From Oligoflexus sp. (lineage in GTDB: Bacteria > Bdellovibrionota_B > Oligoflexia > Oligoflexales > Oligoflexaceae): a stretch of 35,448 bases of DNA. The stretch's first letter is position 1; each line of letters starts with the position of its first letter. Position numbers and translations under genes: made by a program. Below the pieces are notes generated by a model. That model saw only the letters and a list, made by a program, of their open reading frames with translations, searched no databases and had not been told where the DNA came from. The stretch spans positions 1 through 35,448 of the forward strand of contig JBGSTX010000164.1 of NCBI GenBank assembly GCA_041736305.1, given 5' to 3'. Below are positions 25,853 through 33,904 of this stretch, piece after piece.

Positions 25853-26872
25853 ATGCGCGGCAATTCTCATCCTCTTCTATCCCTTAAGGTGATTCCCGTT
25901 TCACTCGCATTCGCTAGCCTCGCTCATGCAGTACCCCAGAGTCTGCTTGAAAAGGTAGGGACTTCGGCACTCGATCCTGCCGGTCCCGCAGCGGAGAAGA
26001 TAGCGGCACTAACTTGGGTAATGATCGTGGGTTTCGGCCTCTTATTCGTATTCATAATGGGGCTGCTCATCATAGGGATAAAAAGAGGAGAGAATAGTGG
26101 AAAAAGTCAAGCGCCTCTGGGTGATCGTCGCTTTGTGGTGATTGGCGGACTGCTGATGCCACTAGTTATTCTGCTCTTGCTCCTGGTCTACACTCTGCTT
26201 CTGACGGCTTCGCTCGGACCCAAGGAGTCGCGCCTGAAGATTCGCGTCACCGGACATATGTGGTGGTGGGATGTTTACTATCCGGAAAGCAATCTGAGAA
26301 TTGCCAACGAGATCTATATTCCAGCCGGCGAGCCCATCCTTATCGAGCTGGTGTCAAAGGACGTTATTCATAGCTTCTGGGTGCCGAGCCTGGCCGGCAA
26401 GACTGATCTTGTTCCTGGAATCACCAACTATCAATGGCTCGAAGCTGACAGGCCCGGCACCTACCGCGCTCAGTGCGCAGAATTTTGCGGCCTGCAGCAT
26501 GCGCGCATGGCTCTCTATGTCGTGGCCCTGCCGCCGGAAGAATTTGCGAAGTGGCTGGCATCCAAGCAAAGATCGCAGCCTGTGCCCCAGGATCCCCGCA
26601 TGCAAGCGGGCCTTGCAACCTTTGTCAAGGCAGGTTGTGGGGAATGCCACACCATTCAAGGAACAGAAGCGAGGGGATTGATCGGCCCTGACCTGACCCA
26701 TGTGGGTAGTCGGCTCTCATTGGGAGCCGGGACGATTCCCAATAGTTATGGTTCAATGGCCGGATGGGTGGCCAATCCCCAGGCCCTGAAGCCTGGCAAC
26801 AAGATGCCCCCTTCCTATGTCGCCAGTCAGGACTACCACTCTCTCATCTCCTACCTCATGAGTCTTCAATGA
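25853..26872 (+). CDS. ctaC: Cytochrome c oxidase subunit II with a fused cytochrome c (caa3-like)
   Basis: ATG 25853 after AAGGAGG; GHMWWW; CuA motifs DVIHSFW and CAEFCGLQHARM; CGECH...KMP. Confidence 0.93.
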   Translation: MRGNSHPLLSLKVIPVSLAFASLAHAVPQSLLEKVGTSALDPAGPAAEKIAALTWVMIVGFGLLFVFIMGLLIIGIKRGENSGKSQAPLGDRRFVVIGGLLMPLVILLLLLVYTLLLTASLGPKESRLKIRVTGHMWWWDVYYPESNLRIANEIYIPAGEPILIELVSKDVIHSFWVPSLAGKTDLVPGITNYQWLEADRPGTYRAQCAEFCGLQHARMALYVVALPPEEFAKWLASKQRSQPVPQDPRMQAGLATFVKAGCGECHTIQGTEARGLIGPDLTHVGSRLSLGAGTIPNSYGSMAGWVANPQALKPGNKMPPSYVASQDYHSLISYLMSLQ

Positions 26873-29418
26873 TAGATAGCAAAGCCAATGCCGCCGGAGT
26901 CCGCTCAATAGGTGAATACCCTAGTGACGAGGAGCAAAAGGAGTTCGAAGCGACATGGAAGGCTCCCGAAGGAATTCGAGACTGGTTTGCGACAGTCAAC
27001 AATCAGCCTTTCGGCAACCGCTTTATGATTTCCTCGTTGGTCTTTTTTCTCATCGCCGGCATTATGGCTTTGATCATGCGCGTGCAGCTGGCAGTGCCGG
27101 ATCATGATGCGATAGGCCCCGATCTTTACAACAAGCTGTTTACCATGCACGGGGCCACCATGATGTTTCTGGTGGTATTGCCCTTTCTGGAAGGCATCGC
27201 CATCTATATTCTACCGCTGGTCGTTGGATCCCGGGAGATGGCCTTCCCTCGCATGAGTGCTTTCAGCTTCTGGGTGTTTTTTTCAGGGGCCCTAATCTTT
27301 TTCACAGGCTTTATTTTTAATGCGGTCCCTGATGCAGGATGGTTTGTCTATCCCCCTCTGTCACTTGAAAGGTATTCCGGTCTGGGCTTAGATTTCTTAT
27401 TGGTGGGCCTGGGCTTTATTGAGATAGCTGGAGTAGGGACGGGAATAGAAATTGTTACTACCATCCTAAAGTTTCGGGCGCCGGGTATGTCCCTCGGCAG
27501 GATGCCTCTCTTTGCATGGGCCTGGCTCGTCACGGGTGTCATGATCATTATAGCCTTTTCCACTTTGTTTGGAGCCACAGTCCTGATCGAGTTTGATCGG
27601 GCGATCGGTACCCGCTTTTTCGATCCTGAGGGGGGTGGTAATGTACTCCTTTGGCAGCATCTCTTCTGGTTCTTCGGTCACCCCGATGTCTATATTATGT
27701 TTATCCCCGCGACGGGCATCATCTCGATGATCATTCCTACTTTTGCCCGACGACCTATCGCTGCTTACTCCTATGTAGCCGTGGCGATTCTCCTCACGGG
27801 TTTTCTCAGCTTTGGTCTTTGGGTGCATCATATGTTTGCTACGGGCATCCCCGCTCTGGCCTCGGGCTTCTTTGTGGCTGCTAGTCTGATGATTGCTCTG
27901 GCAAGCGGAGTGCAAGTATTCGCTTGGATCGCTACGCTGTGGGGGAGTCGACCTGATATCAAGTCCCCCCTCCTTTTTGTGCTTGGGTTCCTCTGCATTT
28001 TCGTATTGGGGGGTATTACAGGTGTAATGGTTGCTGTTCTGCCCTTCGATTTGCAAGCGCATGATACTTATTTCGTGGTGGCACATTTTCACTATGTACT
28101 GATCGGTGGAGTGATTTTTCCTATCCTGGGTGGGCTCCACTACTGGCTGCCACTGATGACGGGATATTTGCCTAGTGAACGACTGGCTCGTTGGAGCTTC
28201 TGGCTGATTTTTATAGGCTTTAATCTAACGTTTTTTCCCATGCATGTCGCCGGGCTTCTAGGAATGTCCCGCCGCGTATATACCTATTCAGCAAGCCTAA
28301 ACGTTGGCTGGTACAATCTGCTTTCGAGCGTATCGTCCTTCATCTTAGGTGCCGGCTTTGTAATCGCCACAATCAACCTCTTGGGATCTCGCTATTTAGG
28401 GCGGAAGGCTGGTAAGAATCCATGGAACTCCGGAGCTTTGGAGTGGTCACTTATGGTCGATATGCCGAACTATGTGTTCCGCGCTCCGCCTGTGATTCTC
28501 GCTCGCGAACCCCTATGGCAGGCAGAGGCAGGAGGGGATAGCTACCTGAATCGTCTGGCCCGGCAGTTGACATCGAGGCCTTCTGCTTGGAGGGCAACCC
28601 TGATCACCGATGCGATTAGTGGTGAGCCGCAGGCCATACAAAAGGTATCGACGCCTTCCTACGTACCTATCACCGCCGCAATCGGACTCTTTATCATGTC
28701 GGTAGCAACACTTTTTAAAGCCTATATATTAGCCTTAGCTGCTCTTGTCTTTACCTTAGGCGTCGTTTGCTATTGGCTTTGGCCGGAGGAGAGGGAGCTT
28801 AAAAAAATGCGAGAGAGCGGCCTGGGTGAACTCACGGGATTGCCTCTCGAACCGACAGGAGCGCTCGCATCAGGTTGGTGGGCCATGGTCGGTACTTTAA
28901 CTGTTATCGGCACAATTTTCGGCGTCTTGTTTTATTCTTATTTTTATATCAGGATTTACTCTCCAAGCTGGCCTCAAGGTGGGATAGCATTACCGGAAAT
29001 TTGGCCTTCATCAATTTTCTATGCAGCGCTCTTGCTGGGGGCACTTAGTTTTCATTGGGCCGAGAAAAACTTTCAGAAGAACTCAGCGCGAGCAAGTCTG
29101 CTGGGAATATCGGGGAGTCTGCTGGCGGCGCTCATATTTCTTGCCTCGAGCATGTTTCACATCGTAGGGATAGGCTTTACGCCACAGGAAAACGCGTATG
29201 CCTCCCTCTTTCATACCATCACCTGGCATCTGGCGGCTCTCGTGCTGGGAGGCGCCATGTTTCTCGCGGCGCTACTTATCAAAACGATTCAATCGCAAGG
29301 GCAGCGAACTGGCTATCTGATCCTGCAGCTGCAGGTCACCGGCCTCTATTGGTACTTCACAGCAGTGGTTGGAGTCTTGTCTTTTGCCACTCTTTTCCTC
29401 TCACCCTACCTTTTGTAA
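26869..29418 (+). CDS. ctaD: Heme-copper oxidase subunit I fused to a subunit III-like domain
   Basis: ATG 26869 overlaps the subunit II stop (ATGA). FTMHG, WFFGHPDVY, WVHHMF and HDTYFVVAHFHY motifs; C-terminal NAYASLF...WH...LYWYF typical of subunit III. Confidence 0.93.
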   Translation: MIDSKANAAGVRSIGEYPSDEEQKEFEATWKAPEGIRDWFATVNNQPFGNRFMISSLVFFLIAGIMALIMRVQLAVPDHDAIGPDLYNKLFTMHGATMMFLVVLPFLEGIAIYILPLVVGSREMAFPRMSAFSFWVFFSGALIFFTGFIFNAVPDAGWFVYPPLSLERYSGLGLDFLLVGLGFIEIAGVGTGIEIVTTILKFRAPGMSLGRMPLFAWAWLVTGVMIIIAFSTLFGATVLIEFDRAIGTRFFDPEGGGNVLLWQHLFWFFGHPDVYIMFIPATGIISMIIPTFARRPIAAYSYVAVAILLTGFLSFGLWVHHMFATGIPALASGFFVAASLMIALASGVQVFAWIATLWGSRPDIKSPLLFVLGFLCIFVLGGITGVMVAVLPFDLQAHDTYFVVAHFHYVLIGGVIFPILGGLHYWLPLMTGYLPSERLARWSFWLIFIGFNLTFFPMHVAGLLGMSRRVYTYSASLNVGWYNLLSSVSSFILGAGFVIATINLLGSRYLGRKAGKNPWNSGALEWSLMVDMPNYVFRAPPVILAREPLWQAEAGGDSYLNRLARQLTSRPSAWRATLITDAISGEPQAIQKVSTPSYVPITAAIGLFIMSVATLFKAYILALAALVFTLGVVCYWLWPEERELKKMRESGLGELTGLPLEPTGALASGWWAMVGTLTVIGTIFGVLFYSYFYIRIYSPSWPQGGIALPEIWPSSIFYAALLLGALSFHWAEKNFQKNSARASLLGISGSLLAALIFLASSMFHIVGIGFTPQENAYASLFHTITWHLAALVLGGAMFLAALLIKTIQSQGQRTGYLILQLQVTGLYWYFTAVVGVLSFATLFLSPYLL

Positions 29419-29428
29419 GGAGAGCTGC

Positions 29429-29791
29429 TTGGAAAAGCACTTGGGCATCTGGTTTTGTTTGCTGGGTGGAGCCATAGCCTGGACCCTGCACCTATTGATC
29501 TGCTATGGACTTAGTGAGGCATTCTGCATCATGGGTCCGCCATCTATCTACTTTTTGGGCGTGAATTTGCTAGCTTACGTCTTAGGTCTAGTGACTCTCG
29601 TACTTTTGGGTATGGCCTTAGCAGCTGTGGTACTGTCTCGCCGTCAGGCATTAAGTCGTCCTGCAGCTGCGGGTGAGCAGTCCGACAGTTGGGCATTTAC
29701 AGCCCGAGCTGGATTCTTAGCTAATGTGGTGTTTAGTATAAGCATCATGGCTCAGTCTCTACCTATTTTTACCCTGCTTGGACGCTGTTGA
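29429..29791 (+). CDS. Small three-TM membrane protein in the oxidase operon
   Basis: TTG 29429 after AAGGAG; hydrophobic, with W..H....Y......C and a C-terminal Cys; tightly packed between ctaD and ctaG. Confidence 0.7.
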   Translation: MEKHLGIWFCLLGGAIAWTLHLLICYGLSEAFCIMGPPSIYFLGVNLLAYVLGLVTLVLLGMALAAVVLSRRQALSRPAAAGEQSDSWAFTARAGFLANVVFSISIMAQSLPIFTLLGRC

Positions 29792-29792
29792 G

Positions 29793-30698
29793 ATGAAGTC
29801 CAAGCACGGCGGATTTATCTTCTGCATTCTCGCCTCTGGTTTCGAGCAGGTGGCGACAGCTCATGCTTTGCAAACTGCCACGGGGACGCTGGACGGCTTC
29901 GCTCTTCTTTGGTTTTCATTGATTTTGGTACAGGTGGGACTTGTGACTCTGGCCTATACAAAAGGGTGGCGGCGATGGAGACTCAAACCTCGTACTCATA
30001 GCGTCGGCTCGGAGCTGCAGCCCTTTTTCTTCGGACTGGGAGTGTTCTCACTGCTCTCGGCTTTGCTACCACCGATTGATACGCTGAGCGAAGAATTGGC
30101 CTCAGTGCACATGGTGCAGCATATGCTTCTGATGATGGTGGCTGCTCCTCTTCTCATCGTAGGTGCCTCGCCGCATTTTGTCCTTTTGGGTCTGCCTAGT
30201 AAATGGCGACGCCAAATTTGGGTATGGAGACGGTTTATGATCCGCTTGGGTAGGCCCCTCATGGGGCCGAGACGAGCTGGGACCATTGCAGGTCTTTATG
30301 CATGTATCCTTTGGCTTTGGCATCTGCCTCAGCTATATCAGGCGGCGCTTGAAAATCGCCTGCTTCATGGTCTGCAGCATGTGGCGTTTTTTGGTGGCGC
30401 TTACTTCTTCTGGCGTGTAGTCCTTAACCCGCGGCTTCACCTGCGCGTGAATCTAGGAACGGGGATCTTGTATCTCTTTGTTGCCTCCCTCCATTCGATG
30501 GCGCTAGGCGTCCTCATGGCGGTGGCACCCTCGGTTTGGTACAAGCCTTATATCAGCAGTAGCTGGAAGCATGGCCTGAGTGCGCTGGAGGACCAGCAGA
30601 TTGCTGGCTATATTATGTGGATGCCGGCGGGGATGACTTATGTTGTGGTCGCTGGTGCCTTGATGCTTGAAGTGCTTAGACGCTCAGAAAGCTCGTGA
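29793..30698 (+). CDS. ctaG: Caa3_CtaG cytochrome c oxidase assembly factor
   Basis: SVHMVQHMLLMMVAAPL, WLWHLP.LY, HGLQH and LEDQQIAGYIMWMP motifs. Confidence 0.92.
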   Translation: MKSKHGGFIFCILASGFEQVATAHALQTATGTLDGFALLWFSLILVQVGLVTLAYTKGWRRWRLKPRTHSVGSELQPFFFGLGVFSLLSALLPPIDTLSEELASVHMVQHMLLMMVAAPLLIVGASPHFVLLGLPSKWRRQIWVWRRFMIRLGRPLMGPRRAGTIAGLYACILWLWHLPQLYQAALENRLLHGLQHVAFFGGAYFFWRVVLNPRLHLRVNLGTGILYLFVASLHSMALGVLMAVAPSVWYKPYISSSWKHGLSALEDQQIAGYIMWMPAGMTYVVVAGALMLEVLRRSESS

Positions 30699-30809
30699 GC
30701 CTATCGCTAAGCCCGAGCAAAAGGTAATAGTGAGATTGTAGGCATGAGATCGTGCTGTTCATTTTAAGCGCTTCAGTGGCTTGGAGGTAAAGTCTAGTGA
30801 AAGCCGAAT

Positions 30810-32201
30810 ATGTTTGAAGCTCTCAGAGATCGTTACACAGGCAAGAATCTCCCCACCTGGATTCGTGATTTACACGAAAGGTTTAAGCCATTAATAGCTG
30901 ATGTGACGGAAACCAACCTCTTGCTCCACGCAGGAAGTATGGCCTATATATCCTTGGGTTCTATCATCCCCTCTTTAGCCGTTGTCTTCGCCATCATTTC
31001 CATTTTTCAACCTCTTGCTGATCCTCAAGCTAACTGGTTTGCGCAGTTCAGAGAATTGATACTGAGTAATCTGACTCCCCAAGCAGGAGAACAGATGGTC
31101 GAGTATATGAACACGTTTCTAAATAATTTGGACGTCACTCGGATAGGTGTGACCGGCTTTGTGTTTCTGTTTATCATAGTGGTCCTTTTGCTGCGAAACA
31201 TCGAAGTAGCTTTGAACGCGGTATGGCAGGTCTCTAACGAACGAGCGTTTTTCGTCCGTTTCCTTTATTTTTGGATCGCCATTACATTGGGAGCCCTAGG
31301 TTTGTCGATTGGGATTTCCCTTTTTGCCAAGTTTGGAGCTCAGAGTTGGCTCCCAACGGTGGAAGGAGGGGCTGAAGGAGGAGCCCCGGGAACTTCGGCT
31401 GTGACTAATGCAGCGCTAAGCTTCCTTTTCTTTTCAGTCCTGCATAAGATTGGTCCTAATTGTTATGTTTCCTTCAAAGCTGCCGTAGCAGGAGGACTGG
31501 CTGCGACAATCATGACCCGTATAGCATCGGCCGGGTTCGAAGTTTATACACACTATAGTGATTGGAATCAAAATATCTACGAAGCGCTCGCGGTGGTCCC
31601 TCTCTTTTTGCTCTGGTTGTATATTGCGTGGCTTATTACAATGTTCAGCGCGATCATAGCATGGCGAACTCAGCACGGTTTTAGAGTGAGTCGAGCCAGC
31701 CCTATGGAGAGTTCGTCCCATATTGCAGAGGAGGCCCGTCTGCGTAGCATTCAAACTCGTGCATTGCTTCCAATGCTTTGCGTGCTGATAGTAGGCCATA
31801 GATTCCAAGAGGGACAAGGGAGTGGGATGACTGGTCGCGAGATTATACAGAGCCTTGACATACCACCCCCATGGGTTAGAGAGGGGATCCTCGCCGCTGA
31901 AAGCCGAGGATTACTCGTCATTGAACGATCGCATGAAAGTGCCGGGAAAACCCAAGATGACATTCTGGAGTTGCAGATTTTTCCGACGTTTCCTCTCGAT
32001 CAACTTAAGGTGGCTCATCTGGTGAATCAACTTTCGCATGATACAGTCGAATGGTTAGACAAGCGAAGAGTAGAATTGCCGTTTGATCTTAAAGCAGTGC
32101 TAGGCTCTGTTTATGAAAGTTTAAAAATTGATCAAGGAAATCAATCCCTTCAATCGTTGTTCAAGAAAACATCTGTAATTTCTGGACCCGCAAAGTCTTA
32201 A
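30810..32201 (+). CDS. YihY/virulence factor BrkB family membrane protein with a C-terminal cytoplasmic extension
   Basis: AGSMAY.SL.S.IP, IEVALNAVW and IY.ALAVVPLFLLWLY.AW motifs, followed by a soluble tail of about 170 aa. Confidence 0.88.
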   Translation: MFEALRDRYTGKNLPTWIRDLHERFKPLIADVTETNLLLHAGSMAYISLGSIIPSLAVVFAIISIFQPLADPQANWFAQFRELILSNLTPQAGEQMVEYMNTFLNNLDVTRIGVTGFVFLFIIVVLLLRNIEVALNAVWQVSNERAFFVRFLYFWIAITLGALGLSIGISLFAKFGAQSWLPTVEGGAEGGAPGTSAVTNAALSFLFFSVLHKIGPNCYVSFKAAVAGGLAATIMTRIASAGFEVYTHYSDWNQNIYEALAVVPLFLLWLYIAWLITMFSAIIAWRTQHGFRVSRASPMESSSHIAEEARLRSIQTRALLPMLCVLIVGHRFQEGQGSGMTGREIIQSLDIPPPWVREGILAAESRGLLVIERSHESAGKTQDDILELQIFPTFPLDQLKVAHLVNQLSHDTVEWLDKRRVELPFDLKAVLGSVYESLKIDQGNQSLQSLFKKTSVISGPAKS

Positions 32202-32287
32202 ATATATGTGAAAAACATTAAGAGGATTCATCTCTGTTCACGAAATCCCTCTTCGGAGAACGCAAAGTAGATGCGACATTTGGCCTA

Positions 32288-32614
32288 TCACTGCGCTTGG
32301 TCTTTGTATTCATCCAGCGATATCGTCGCTTTGACTTGAGTTTTTGCTCTGTAAGCTGCTCGTGCTAGGATATGGGATCCAATTGGAATCGTCCCGCCGA
32401 CAAAAAGGAGCACGAGCAAAATGTTGAAAGGAATTCCCTGCTCATGGCTTGACAGAACAAAAGCCAGAATCAGGAAGAAAAGACCTAAAGTGGCAGCCTT
32501 CGTCGGAGCATGAATTCGCATATAGAAATCTGGCAGCAGCCATAGACCCAGCGCTGCAATGAGCATAAAGACCACCCCAGCTGCCATAGCAATGAAAGCG
32601 AGAATCTCACTCAA
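32288..32614 (-). CDS. mrpG: Mrp Na+/H+ antiporter subunit G
   Basis: PDFYMRIHAPTKAATLG and SHILARAAY motifs. Confidence 0.93.
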   Translation of the reverse strand: MSEILAFIAMAAGVVFMLIAALGLWLLPDFYMRIHAPTKAATLGLFFLILAFVLSSHEQGIPFNILLVLLFVGGTIPIGSHILARAAYRAKTQVKATISLDEYKDQAQ

Positions 32615-32873
32615 GGATATTGCCCTCCGTATAAGCTGCTATCGAAAGTGTGCTAATAAAACCGAGAAGAGAAAGAACGAGGAGCACATCGATATAGTGG
32701 AAGGATCGCAACTGGATCGATTCCAGACAAATCAATCCCATGACAAGAAACACGAAACAATCAAAGCCGACAAGTCGATCAAACACGGTTGGACCTTTGA
32801 ATATTCTGCCGACGGCAAGGGCAATCCCTGCAATCAAAACCAGCATGAAAACCCAAACAAATTCCATCATCAT
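32607..32873 (-). CDS. mrpF: Mrp Na+/H+ antiporter subunit F
   Basis: RIFKGPTVFDRLVGFD and YIDVLLVLSLLGFIST motifs. Confidence 0.93.
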   Translation of the reverse strand: MMMEFVWVFMLVLIAGIALAVGRIFKGPTVFDRLVGFDCFVFLVMGLICLESIQLRSFHYIDVLLVLSLLGFISTLSIAAYTEGNILE

Positions 32874-33373
32874 GGTCTACCCTCGCTAGCTTGGTCCGAT
32901 TGAGTAGATTTCAACTTGGACATTCTACTAAGAAAAGTGCCAATTTCAGTTCTAATCTTATCGACATCCTCTCCATAGAGAGTGTGAACATATAAGCCAT
33001 GGCCATTTTTATCAGCATCCAAAGTCAAGCTTCCAGGTGTCAGAGATATCATATTTCCAAGCAAAACGGTCTGCGCCGGACTGAGGTCTCTGCAATCGAC
33101 TCGAAAAAAAGCGTGGGTGAACTTTGTACGACTCCATAGGATATCGCGAGCCAGCGAAATATTGGCTCTTAGCACGCTCAAAAAGAACAGCGCGGATATC
33201 TTGATCAAGTCTCTCATATGAGATGATGTTCCTGGTCTGGGATTCACCTTTTCACTCAGCCCGAGCGCGACAAAGCTCAGACCAAAACCGGTCAATAAGC
33301 CTGTCAGGGTGAAGTCATTCCTCATGAACATCCATATAACGGACAGTATCAAGTGCCAGTATAGCTTTCTCAT
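32870..33373 (-). CDS. mrpE: Mrp Na+/H+ antiporter subunit E
   Basis: RANISLA, NMISLTPGSL and LYVH motifs. Confidence 0.92.
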   Translation of the reverse strand: MRKLYWHLILSVIWMFMRNDFTLTGLLTGFGLSFVALGLSEKVNPRPGTSSHMRDLIKISALFFLSVLRANISLARDILWSRTKFTHAFFRVDCRDLSPAQTVLLGNMISLTPGSLTLDADKNGHGLYVHTLYGEDVDKIRTEIGTFLSRMSKLKSTQSDQASEGRP

Positions 33374-33884
33374 TGCCTGACCCCTTTCAGTCCACTCTTG
33401 TCCAGATCGAGGACTGCTGAGATATACTCATCAACAGTCAAAAGTCTCAATGAATATCGATGAAAATTTTCAAACAAAGGAATTGCCATGACGCCGATGC
33501 CTATTGAAATCGAAGCAAGAAGCAGCGCACCGATATACAGTCGATGAATCTTCGGCACGGGCCGCCAGACACTTTGAGCGGCATCGCCCCAATACGAAGT
33601 GCTCCAGATTTTTAGCATGGAGGCCAGCGTAAGAAAGCTGACCAGAATCGCGATTGTGCTGGTAATCCAAGCTTCATTCTGAAAACCTGCCATGATCAAA
33701 AATAGCTTGGCCCAAAACCCACTGAGTGGAGGCAAACCGGCCAGCGCCAGTGCCAGGATCAAGAAAGCTGTAGCAGCCGTAGGGTCTAGGCGCAAGACCC
33801 CTTGCGCTACACCCAGTTTGCCTGTTCCGGCGCGAAGTTCCAAGATTCCTACAGCCATGAATAGAGCCGATTTTACTACGATAT
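33370..33884 (-). pseudogene. mrpD: Mrp subunit D, C-terminal third only, cut by an IS
   Basis: IVVKSALF and LALAGLPPLSGFWAK motifs; the N-terminal part is replaced by IS sequence from 33885. Confidence 0.88.
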
Positions 33885-33904
33885 CTTGAGAGTCAGGAGT
33901 ATTG

